Source: an uncultured bacterium (lineage in GTDB: Bacteria; Patescibacteriota; Saccharimonadia; UBA4664). Taken from it: a stretch of 64,000 bases of DNA. A program made the position numbers and the translations under genes. Below are positions 1 through 7,881 of the stretch, piece after piece; the stretch's first letter is position 1, and each line of letters starts with the position of its first letter. Below the pieces are notes generated by a model that worked only from the letters and a program-made list of their open reading frames with translations, did not search any database and had not been told where the DNA came from. The stretch covers positions 814,069 through 878,068 of the forward strand of contig CAVRET010000002.1 of the NCBI GenBank assembly GCA_963720265.1, written 5' to 3'.

Positions 1-1139
1 TCACGGAAAAAGCCGCTGTCGCCAACACGCGTCTTGGCCTAACGTCCGAGGCATCCGGCCCTGAGCTGTACGACGCGCTCATAAAGCAAGTTGCGGCCCA
101 CGACGCGCACCTGGCCCGCGCCATCGGCGGCACCGAACCCGACAACATCGCCGAAATGATCCCGCTCATCGTGAAGGCCGCTGAATCGGCCCCGTTACCC
201 AAAGACGGTTGGTTCCTCAAAGAGGACAAGGCTAGAGAAATGCTGCGCCGCCAGCCACCGCTCGCCATTATGGACCGCCTTGGTTACCACCTCGTGTCGC
301 GCTTGCTCGAGGCCGAGGACGTAACCGAGCTCATGTTGGCGCTGCGTTTTGTTGAAGCTCCGGATTGGCTCAACAACTTCGACCGCACCTACCTTGATCT
401 CACACCCGCGGATTTCGAAACCCGCACTATCCGCGTGGTGCCGTTTGCGGTCGAAAAATGGGGCGACATTGCCGAACACTTCATCGCCAAGAAGCGCCAC
501 AACATCACGCACTCCAAGGAAATGGGCGCCATCGCGGTTACGCCCATGACCGAAACCCACATGCCCGGCGTTACGCTCAAGGTTATGCCGCTGTTGTTCC
601 ACTATTTCAACGAAATCCGCCTCTACTCCAGCTTTTTCAAGCTTATGCAGACGAAGAAGAATTTCGGCGCCATTGTGTCAGACACCCTCATCGCCGACCC
701 GGCCCACGTCAAACTCACCGATTCGGCCCACATCCACTGGCGTGTCATTCAGCGTTACTTTGGCAAGCTGCCAAACGAACGCCACCCGGAAATCTTCGAA
801 CCGCACGTCCAACCGGAAGACTTACACTGGCGCCGGGCCGAAGAAGTGCTCTACGACATCGATCCTGAGCTCGAATTTTGGCGCGGCCTCGATTATGTTG
901 CTACGCCAAAAGATCCGGCTCACGATACGGTTACGTTCAATCTTATGGACGTCAGTTTAAGCTACTCCAACGGCATTAGTTATGACGATCGCTACCTCTA
1001 TCACTTCCGTGAAGCGCTGTGGAATGAAGTCTTTGCCCGCTACCTGGGTGAGAAGATTCTCGAGCAACAATTGCTCGACAAACTCGACAACGCCGTCATC
1101 AAGCCGGAGACCCTAACGCGCGAGTCCGCCCGTGCCTAA
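1..1139 (+). CDS. hypothetical protein, 5'-truncated at window edge
   Basis: The reading frame is open from nt 3 through the ATG at 156 to the stop at 1139. It overlaps the next gene by 8 nt, suggesting translational coupling. No recognisable motif. Confidence 0.5.
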   Translation, partial: TEKAAVANTRLGLTSEASGPELYDALIKQVAAHDAHLARAIGGTEPDNIAEMIPLIVKAAESAPLPKDGWFLKEDKAREMLRRQPPLAIMDRLGYHLVSRLLEAEDVTELMLALRFVEAPDWLNNFDRTYLDLTPADFETRTIRVVPFAVEKWGDIAEHFIAKKRHNITHSKEMGAIAVTPMTETHMPGVTLKVMPLLFHYFNEIRLYSSFFKLMQTKKNFGAIVSDTLIADPAHVKLTDSAHIHWRVIQRYFGKLPNERHPEIFEPHVQPEDLHWRRAEEVLYDIDPELEFWRGLDYVATPKDPAHDTVTFNLMDVSLSYSNGISYDDRYLYHFREALWNEVFARYLGEKILEQQLLDKLDNAVIKPETLTRESARA

Positions 1140-1722
1140 GGAGCGGCCGCGCTACCAAATCTGCGTGTCCGGCGCGGCCAAAGGTCCCAGCGTGGAGCTC
1201 GCCCACGAGCTGGCCGGCCGGGTCGCCAGAGAGATTGTCCGCCGCGGCCACCTCGTAACTTCCGGTGCCACCCGAGGCCTGCCCTACTATGCCGCGAAAG
1301 CCGCCAAAGCGGAAAACGGATCGCATGTTACATCCATTGGCTTCTCGCCGGCGGCTTCCCGCATTGCACACGTCAAAAAATACCGCCTGCCAATCGACGC
1401 CTTCGACACCATTCTCTACACCGGCTTCGAATACACCGGCCGCAACCTCTTGCTCGTGCGCTCGGCCGACGGTGTCATTATGGTGGGCGGCCGCATCGGC
1501 ACACTCAACGAGCTCACGATCGCCATTGAAGAACGCAAACCAGTCGGTATTTTGCTCGGCTCCGGCGGCATGACCGTTGAGGTCGAGGCGGTGCTCAAAG
1601 CCGCCAAGCGCGCCCGCAACGGCATTATTTTCGGCCACGACCCGGCGCGGCTGGTCGACGATCTCATTGACCTTATCGAGCTCAAAAACCGCAAGCTCCC
1701 CGACCTAACCTCGGAGATCTAG
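1132..1722 (+). CDS. LOG family / TIGR00725-like Rossmann-fold nucleotide-binding protein
   Basis: 196 aa with a GxxxGxM-type N-terminus (VSGAAKGPSVELAHELAGRVAREIVRRGHLVTSGATRG) and VIMVGGRIGTLNELTIAIE, characteristic of the LOG/SLOG fold. Confidence 0.7.
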   Translation: MPKERPRYQICVSGAAKGPSVELAHELAGRVAREIVRRGHLVTSGATRGLPYYAAKAAKAENGSHVTSIGFSPAASRIAHVKKYRLPIDAFDTILYTGFEYTGRNLLLVRSADGVIMVGGRIGTLNELTIAIEERKPVGILLGSGGMTVEVEAVLKAAKRARNGIIFGHDPARLVDDLIDLIELKNRKLPDLTSEI

Positions 1723-1728
1723 CGGAAC

Positions 1729-2379
1729 ATGCGTGTGTCAGGCTGGCGCAAACGCTTCGTTCTAAATCCACACTGGCCGTTTGTTGCGACCGGCATCGTA
1801 CTTGTGCTCATTGGATTAAAATGGCTGTTGTCCGGCCCGGGTACGGCCCAAATCGACTCCTTCAATCAGTGCGCCAACGCCGGTTACCCAATTACCGACA
1901 CCAACCCGCCGGCTTGCGATACTGGCTCCGGGCTATTGCTCGGCCCCGCGGCAACACCCGGCACCACCCCGCCGCCGAGCGTTAACCAGCCGTTTAACCT
2001 ATTGGTTGACGGCGATTCCGGCGGCGCCTATCCCAAAGGTCAGCAAATCATCACGACCCAAACCGGCTGGCAAGCCTATTGGCACGCTGTGCACGCCAGC
2101 CTCCCTGCCATACCCCCAATCCTATCGGTCGACTTCACCTCAGGTAACGTTATCGCCTTAAGTTCCGGCCCCGAAGCCACAAACGGCTACACGCTCGAAG
2201 TGACGGGCGTTAGTGTAAGCTCCGCCGGCTCAGTTGTCGACGCGATTGAATCAATCCCCAGTATTACGTGCAAAGTCGCCGACACCCCAACGAACCGCTA
2301 CTACATCGCCGAAACAGCTAAACTGCCCCAACCGGTGACGTTTAAGGTGACTACGAGCCCGCGCGAATGCCCACAATGA
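1729..2379 (+). CDS. membrane-anchored protein with PrcB-like C-terminal domain
   Basis: N-terminal TM helix (FVATGIVLVLIGLKWLL), a Pro/Thr linker, and a C-terminal region resembling protease-complex subunit PrcB (NGYTLEVTGVS...SIPSITCKVADTP). Confidence 0.45.
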   Translation: MRVSGWRKRFVLNPHWPFVATGIVLVLIGLKWLLSGPGTAQIDSFNQCANAGYPITDTNPPACDTGSGLLLGPAATPGTTPPPSVNQPFNLLVDGDSGGAYPKGQQIITTQTGWQAYWHAVHASLPAIPPILSVDFTSGNVIALSSGPEATNGYTLEVTGVSVSSAGSVVDAIESIPSITCKVADTPTNRYYIAETAKLPQPVTFKVTTSPRECPQ

Positions 2380-2394
2380 CATTGATTGTAAAAC

Positions 2395-2423
2395 TTGCAA
2401 AAACATAAGAATTATGCTATAAT
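2395..2423 (+). promoter_or_regulatory. sigma70-type promoter upstream of whiB-like gene
   Basis: TTGCAA at 2395-2400, a 17-nt spacer, then TATAAT at 2418-2423, about 63 nt upstream of the ATG at 2487, in an AT-rich intergenic stretch. Confidence 0.5.
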
Positions 2424-2486
2424 CTATAACAACCGGTCGTGATAACGCCCGGATCGCAACCCGACAGAAACGCCTAGGAGTGTGAT

Positions 2487-2741
2487 ATGGACTGGCGTCA
2501 CGAAGCCGCCTGCCGCGAGGTCGACCCTGAGCTCTTTTTCCCCATCGGCAATACCGGCCCCGCTTTGCTTCAGATCGACGAAGCTAAGCAGGTCTGCCGG
2601 CGTTGTTCGGTCATGGACGAGTACCTGCGCTGGGCGATCGATTCTGGCCAGGATGCCGGCGTCTGGGGCGGTATGAGCGAGGACGAGCGCCGCGCGCTCA
2701 AGCGCCGCACCGTCAGGCTGCGCGCGCGAGCGCACGCCTGA
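2487..2741 (+). CDS. whiB: WhiB1-like WhiB family transcriptional regulator
   Basis: MDWRHEAACREVDPELFFP...VCRRCSVMDEYLRWAIDSGQDAGVWGGMSEDERRALKRR is nearly colinear with mycobacterial WhiB1. RBS AGGAG lies 7 nt upstream. Confidence 0.85.
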   Translation: MDWRHEAACREVDPELFFPIGNTGPALLQIDEAKQVCRRCSVMDEYLRWAIDSGQDAGVWGGMSEDERRALKRRTVRLRARAHA

Positions 2742-2757
2742 CCGGCCCAACTCCACA

Positions 2758-2796
2758 ACCCCTGCGGTCTTCCGGGTACACCCGGGAGCCGCAGGG
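2758..2796. terminator. bidirectional hairpin between convergent whiB and AKR genes
   Basis: Imperfect inverted repeat CCCTGCGGTCTTCCGGGT / ACCCGGGAGCCGCAGGG, located between the stop of the + gene (2741) and the stop of the - gene (2854). Confidence 0.45.
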
Positions 2797-2853
2797 CATT
2801 CCTGAGTTTCTAACCCACGCGGTTAGAGATTGAGGAATGAACAAACGAAAAAG

Positions 2854-3687
2854 CTATTGCCCGCCGGCCCGCCCCAGTCTGTCCATCGCTTGAAAGTCTT
2901 CATCACTCAACCGAATCGCCGCCGCCCTCAAGTTCTCCTCCAAATGAGTCTTTGATAGCGTGCCCGGAATCGGCAACATCATGGGCGAACGCTTGACTAG
3001 CCACGCCAACGCCACTTGTTGAGCGCTGGCCGAATATTTTGTCGCCAGCTCGCCAAGCAGCGCCACTACCTTTTGTGCGCCCCCGGCCAGTCCGCCCAGC
3101 GGAAACCAGGGGATAAACACAATGCCCTCACTGGTGCAATAATCGACTACCGGTTCGTACTGCCGGACCACAATGTTGTACTGGTTCTGCACACTCACGA
3201 TGCTGGTGATCTTACGCGCCCGCTCAATCTGCTCGACCGTCACTTCGCTTAAGCCTACATAGCGTACCTTGCCTTCGTCCTGGAACTGCTTAAGCGCCCG
3301 TACACTGTCCTCCAGCGGCACCTTCGGATCAACCCGGTGCAGCTGATACAAATCAATCCGCGCAACCCGCAGCCGTTGCAAGCTTTCTTCCAATTCCGCC
3401 CGCAATTCCTCCGGCGCGCTATGCGGCCCGTCGGCGCGCAAACCGCCCTTAGTCGCAACCACCAAGCCGGCCGGATACGGCTCAAACGTCTCGCCAATCG
3501 TGGTTTCGCTCGCCCCATTCGTATACCGGTGGGCGGTGTCAATAAAGTTAACGCCAAGCGCAACCGCATACTCCAGCAGTGCCCTCGCCTCAGGCGTATC
3601 AGTAATGCGGTTCGTGCCAAGCCCGATGCGCCTTACCGCGAGCTCACCAATCTGTAGCGTGCCGGCAGCTGTCAAACCTTCTTCCAT
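2854..3687 (-). CDS. aldo/keto reductase family oxidoreductase
   Basis: LGTNRITDTPEARALLEYAVALGVNFIDTAHRY...IPGTLSKTHLEENL is typical of the AKR family. The true start is the ATG at 3687, preceded by GGAGGA at a 6-nt spacing. The ORF track's upstream start is a TTG. Confidence 0.85.
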   Translation of the reverse strand: MEEGLTAAGTLQIGELAVRRIGLGTNRITDTPEARALLEYAVALGVNFIDTAHRYTNGASETTIGETFEPYPAGLVVATKGGLRADGPHSAPEELRAELEESLQRLRVARIDLYQLHRVDPKVPLEDSVRALKQFQDEGKVRYVGLSEVTVEQIERARKITSIVSVQNQYNIVVRQYEPVVDYCTSEGIVFIPWFPLGGLAGGAQKVVALLGELATKYSASAQQVALAWLVKRSPMMLPIPGTLSKTHLEENLRAAAIRLSDEDFQAMDRLGRAGGQ

Positions 3688-3733
3688 GAAACATCCTCCT
3701 CTCAATCCACAACCAATCGTCTCATAATCGCAA

Positions 3734-3798
3734 AATAAATGGAGCGGCTTGTTTCCAAACCGCTCCGGGGCCGGGGACCCATTGCTGTCCCCGCGCCC
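3734..3798. repeat. 65-bp direct repeat, copy 1 (two GC-rich hairpins)
   Basis: AATAAATGGAGCGGCTTGTTTCCAAACCGCTCCGGGGCCGGGGACCCATTGCTGTCCCCGCGCCC is identical to 4580-4644. It contains GGAGCGG..CCGCTCC and GGGGAC..GTCCCC stems. On the minus strand the first stem is followed by ATTTATT, which is terminator-like, 3' of gene 3813-4490. Confidence 0.8.
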
Positions 3799-3812
3799 AC
3801 TCCCTCTTCAAT

Positions 3813-4490
3813 TTATCCGACGCCCAGTGCCCATTGGACATCCATTCGCAGCGTATCTGACACGGCCCGCGCAGCCATGGCCGCAGCTCTGCGGAAATAC
3901 GCTTCGCACCGCGCCAGGTCAACATCCTGCGGTATCCGTGCGATCACTTCGGGCGCCAGCTCGACCAGGATTACAATGGCCCCGAATGGCACCAGTGCTC
4001 CGGCCCTCTGGTCGTCGCCCATGATGAGCTTAGCCGCTCCCCTGAACCGGTTGTTCGCCATCGGGCCTCGCGCGAACTCGTCATCCACGGACAGCAACGC
4101 TCTAAGCGGCTTGATCACCGGCTCCCATGCGAGGCATCCGATGTCGCCTGCAACCAGCTCCAGCGTCTGGTCCACCGGCCACGCCGAGATGACGGATGCG
4201 GGAGCGAATGCCAGCAGGTCCCGAACCCATTGTTCGCGAAGCTCGGTCACGGTCGTTGCGGTGGCATCGACGAACGGTGCATACCGACCGCCGTCCGGCT
4301 TGAGATACTTGACGAGCATCTGGCCGCAAATTGAAGCGGCCGACACGAGCGCGAACAGATGTGCGAGGTTGTCGGTATCAAACCCGTACCTTAGCAGCGT
4401 CTCTTCGATCCTGTCCGCGTTGGCGTTGTCAGGGTGCGCTGTTTCATCGAGCGGGCACCGCTCAGAAACGCTGTTCCAGTTTATTTGCAC
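3813..4490 (-). CDS. hypothetical protein
   Basis: 225-aa ORF with protein-like composition, running opposite to a low-complexity + strand ORF. No motif recognised with confidence. Confidence 0.45.
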   Translation of the reverse strand: MQINWNSVSERCPLDETAHPDNANADRIEETLLRYGFDTDNLAHLFALVSAASICGQMLVKYLKPDGGRYAPFVDATATTVTELREQWVRDLLAFAPASVISAWPVDQTLELVAGDIGCLAWEPVIKPLRALLSVDDEFARGPMANNRFRGAAKLIMGDDQRAGALVPFGAIVILVELAPEVIARIPQDVDLARCEAYFRRAAAMAARAVSDTLRMDVQWALGVG

Positions 4491-4543
4491 GCTGTCTCAC
4501 CTCCAGAAATTGTGCGTACAAACTATAATAATGCAACATTAAT

Positions 4544-5494
4544 TTAATTTAAGCAACTAATACCGCCTATATGCCGGCCAATAAATGGAGCGGCTTGTTT
4601 CCAAACCGCTCCGGGGCCGGGGACCCATTGCTGTCCCCGCGCCCGTACGTCTCGCAGGCGAGGCCCTGACGGCCTCAACCGTAACCTGCGCTGGGTCAGT
4701 TCCCTCTGGTAGCCGTACGGGAACTGCGCCCGAAGAGCTCGCGCCACCCGGCTACGCCATCTGGCCACCAGCCTCGGGTCTTCGCCGAGTCCGGCCAGAG
4801 GCGCGAGCGCCGCCGCTTCCGGCCCTTGCACTCCGAGATACCCATAGGCTGCTGTTAGTGCCGCGTCCGGATCCGCCACGAGATCCTCGTACTTCAGGTA
4901 CAACGGCATAATCCCGAACCGCTCGATCCAGGTGATCCAGGCCTGGTGTTGGGTTAGGGCCTTCCAGTACTGCTCCAGGATGAGGGGAAGGTTGAAGGTC
5001 GGGCCCTCACCTGTCGATTGGCCTGGGTTCCAGATTCGGCCCTTTTCCAGGACACCCGATACGGCTTGACCGGGCAGATCAGCTCGCCAGACGTAGATGA
5101 AGCTGACATCGATATCTAGCCCTGGGAAGGCCTGTCGCATGAGCCTGAAATCGGACGGCTCCGGCATTTCGTTCGCGGGTTGGTCCGATGCGATCCATTC
5201 CTGCTCAAACTTCAGCCGCAGCTGCCGCAGGAGGTTCGAAAGGTGTTCGGGATAAAGCGTAGCGGCGAACATGCCGTTCGCGGTCGTACCCTGGTCGAGA
5301 ACATATGCCAGATAGGACGGCCAGTCAGCGATACCGCCGACCTCCGCCGACAGCATTTGCTCCATGACCGGGTCGAAGCACTGCACCCATGCGGTGCCGG
5401 CCACTCCTGAACCGCCCAGCAGCTGAGCGAACTGAGTCGCACCAGACCCCGGCAAGCCGAGGACGAATGCGCTGCGCCTGGTAGGCATCTGCAT
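4544..5494 (-). CDS. Stf0-type sulfotransferase family protein
   Basis: N-terminal P-loop-like PAPS-binding motif (SAFVLGLPGSGATQFAQLL) and overall length resemble the Stf0 sulfotransferase family. Start chosen at the ATG at 5494. The C-terminus reads through the 65-bp repeat, so the true end is uncertain. Confidence 0.55.
   Translation of the reverse strand: MQMPTRRSAFVLGLPGSGATQFAQLLGGSGVAGTAWVQCFDPVMEQMLSAEVGGIADWPSYLAYVLDQGTTANGMFAATLYPEHLSNLLRQLRLKFEQEWIASDQPANEMPEPSDFRLMRQAFPGLDIDVSFIYVWRADLPGQAVSGVLEKGRIWNPGQSTGEGPTFNLPLILEQYWKALTQHQAWITWIERFGIMPLYLKYEDLVADPDAALTAAYGYLGVQGPEAAALAPLAGLGEDPRLVARWRSRVARALRAQFPYGYQRELTQRRLRLRPSGPRLRDVRARGQQWVPGPGAVWKQAAPFIGRHIGGISCLN
4580..4644. repeat. 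65-bp direct repeat, copy 2
   Basis: Exact copy of 3734-3798. It lies within the 3' end of the sulfotransferase-like ORF, and the repeat supplies that ORF's C-terminal ~30 codons. Confidence 0.8.
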
Positions 5495-5559
5495 CACCCT
5501 TTCTAGCAGGATTGTGATTTCGGATATGCGCGCTGCACCCAGCACTTTATCACTGCAAC

Positions 5560-7620
5560 TTGATTATGCCAACTCGCCGCAGTCAAAACTTGACCGAGAG
5601 CCCAGTCAACTGCATCATGAAACGACCACGTTTCAGATGTGGCAGTACCTATTCGCCCGAGTGGAAGGTTGTGGTCGAAATGACCGAAACCGAAGTTGAA
5701 GTGCCGCTTGACGCCCAAAACGTGAGGCTCTTGCACGAAGTCGCGCGCGGCCTCAGTAACCCACAAATTGCAGTGCTGTGGGGTCTGACGACCGGCCAGG
5801 TAAACATCATGCTCAAGCAACTCTACAAGTTGCTCGGTGTCCACGACCTTGGCCAGCAAAGCCGGGCGTATGCGCTCGCAATTGCCGCCAGACGTTATGG
5901 ACTTGAGCCGCCCGAGGAGCTTGAGGCAGCCGTTGCCCTGATGCAAAGCGACGACTTTGAGTTTGGGGAGGCGGATGACCCCGCCATCCTCAAGCTAGTC
6001 GCCGAAGGCAACAACATCACAGAGATCGCTGACCAGCTGAGGATGCGGCCCGCCACGGTTCGGACGAGGCTGGCCGAGATGCGGCTCCGGACCGAGCTCA
6101 GACTCTACCCAGCGTTTTGCGTCGCCGTCGCCGCCATCTGGGCCGGCAAGCTCAGAGGGCTAGAACTGGACCGCGAGTACGTACCGGACGCTGACGACCT
6201 TGCGCTCGTTCTCGACATCATCCTGGAGCGTACCCTGGATGAAACGGCTGCTCGGCTACGCGTCAGCCGCTCCACCGCCAAGTATCATTTCAGGGCGCTG
6301 CTATTCCGCATGGGGCTTGTCTCAGAGGAAGAACTGGTCGACCGGTGCGTGCGCAACGGCTGGTTCAAGATGCCAACCTGGGACGAACGGATTACGGGGG
6401 CCGTAGACGTCCTTTCACTAGACCGTCTCAGTGCTCTCGAGCTGGTTGTTGTAGGGCTCCTCGGCCTCGGCCACGATCGGACGACAATCAAGAAGATCCT
6501 GGCAAAAGAGCTGGGAGATTCCGGGCTAAACGAGCTGCTTGGTCTGGGTATCGTACAAAACATCATTCAGACCAAGCCGGTAGGCGACCTCGTGGCTGAA
6601 ATGCAAGCAGAATACGCCGCAACGAGTGTCGACCAACTGCTTCGCAGGCTCTACGGACGCACCGATATCCATGATGCCGCGGCGCTCATTGCCGTAGTGC
6701 ACTGGGCCGGTGAACCGCTGGCGGAACCAGCCGGGCCGGGACCCGCCTTTACGGCCATCGAGATTAAGCAGCTCGTGGGGCTGGCAAGAGGCCTGACCGG
6801 CGTGGAGATCGCCCATACCCTGGGCATTTCTCCTGATGCCTCCAGCAACCGCCTGGGCGACCTCTACCGCAAACTAGGCGCCTCAAGCGCCCAGCAAGCG
6901 GTAGCCCTTGCGGCAAGGGACGGGCTGCTGGATGCATGGTTCGAAACCATCGACCTGCGCCAGGTGACCGCAAGTATGTTCTCGCCGCTCTACATGCGTC
7001 TGCTGACGCTGATCGCGAATGGCTTCACGAGAAAGAGCGCCACACCTCGCCTCGGAGTATCGTCGCTCCACACACTAGGCCGTTGGGTCGCGAATGACGA
7101 CCAACGCATCGCATCGCTGGGCCTGCCGCCAAACACCGTGATCGCGGTCCTGGTGCGCCGAGACGAAATCGAAGTGACCGGGCCGCCGGTCATTCCGCAG
7201 GCAGCGGCGGCTCCGGGTGAGGCCGTGCGCGTTACCACCGTTGTGGCCCGCGCGGCCCAGTTCGTTGCCGGAAACCGGTTTAACGAGCAGGTAATGACAG
7301 GGGAAGCGGCGCTATCCAAGCCTCTGGCCGATCAGCTCAGAGGCAACTTCGCTGAGTGCGTGGAAGCCATCCGGGACCGAACCCTGCCAAGGCCCTGGTG
7401 GCATAGCCGCTACAACCTGAGCGAAACGGTAGTTGACGTCACGCTATTCCTGCAGGCGCTCGCAAACGGCCAGCCGTTGCCCGACTACAGATTGGAGCAC
7501 ACCGAATACATCGAGCAAGAGTTCATCTGGTGGTACGAAGCAGACGTGTGCGCCCCGCTGGGAGCATCTGGGCCACGTCAAGCTGTATGTATCGCTTTGT
7601 GGCTCGGGCTGATCGAGTGA
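5560..7620 (+). CDS. multi-domain LuxR/GerE-family HTH transcriptional regulator (about six tandem HTH_LuxR domains)
   Basis: LuxR-type HTH signatures recur at intervals of about 100 aa: LSNPQIAVLWGLTTGQVNIMLKQL, NNITEIADQLRMRPATVRTRL, LDETAARLRVSRSTAKYHFRAL, RTTIKKILAKELG, LTGVEIAHTLGISPDASSNRLGDLYRKLG, FTRKSATPRLGVSSLHTLGRW. The start is ambiguous (5560, or the ATG near 5680 with a GGAAGG RBS). Confidence 0.65.
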   Translation: MIMPTRRSQNLTESPVNCIMKRPRFRCGSTYSPEWKVVVEMTETEVEVPLDAQNVRLLHEVARGLSNPQIAVLWGLTTGQVNIMLKQLYKLLGVHDLGQQSRAYALAIAARRYGLEPPEELEAAVALMQSDDFEFGEADDPAILKLVAEGNNITEIADQLRMRPATVRTRLAEMRLRTELRLYPAFCVAVAAIWAGKLRGLELDREYVPDADDLALVLDIILERTLDETAARLRVSRSTAKYHFRALLFRMGLVSEEELVDRCVRNGWFKMPTWDERITGAVDVLSLDRLSALELVVVGLLGLGHDRTTIKKILAKELGDSGLNELLGLGIVQNIIQTKPVGDLVAEMQAEYAATSVDQLLRRLYGRTDIHDAAALIAVVHWAGEPLAEPAGPGPAFTAIEIKQLVGLARGLTGVEIAHTLGISPDASSNRLGDLYRKLGASSAQQAVALAARDGLLDAWFETIDLRQVTASMFSPLYMRLLTLIANGFTRKSATPRLGVSSLHTLGRWVANDDQRIASLGLPPNTVIAVLVRRDEIEVTGPPVIPQAAAAPGEAVRVTTVVARAAQFVAGNRFNEQVMTGEAALSKPLADQLRGNFAECVEAIRDRTLPRPWWHSRYNLSETVVDVTLFLQALANGQPLPDYRLEHTEYIEQEFIWWYEADVCAPLGASGPRQAVCIALWLGLIE

Positions 7621-7623
7621 GTG

Positions 7624-7660
7624 GTCGGGGCTGGGGTCATTACGCACCCAGCCCCGACAC
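7624..7660 (+). terminator. intrinsic-terminator-like hairpin after LuxR-multi gene
   Basis: GTCGGGGCTGGG(gtcattacgca)CCCAGCCCCGAC, a 12-bp perfect stem immediately after the stop at 7620. Confidence 0.55.
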
Positions 7661-7881
7661 CACGCAACCTTTGACTAAATCATCACGTGCAAGTTGGCGC
7701 CCGAAAATACGTCACGAGTTCCTGTAGCCGCAGCCGCACCAAGCAATAACTCCATTTATCGCATTGGCAGTCGCTGCACACCGGTGTTATTTCATATCCA
7801 TTAGTGACACCCGGTTGCTCCAGCCGGTACGATTTGCTTATATAACAAACAGGTATTTCGAGGTGAGTATGAAAGGACACG

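Noticed and set aside
3739-4542. 267-aa + strand ORF beginning MERLVSKPLRGRGPIAVPAP
   Set aside because: It starts inside the 65-bp repeat. The identical 20-aa N-terminus recurs at 4585 for the same reason. Ser/Arg/Ala-rich low-complexity composition. It is antisense to a more protein-like minus-strand ORF, so it is judged spurious.
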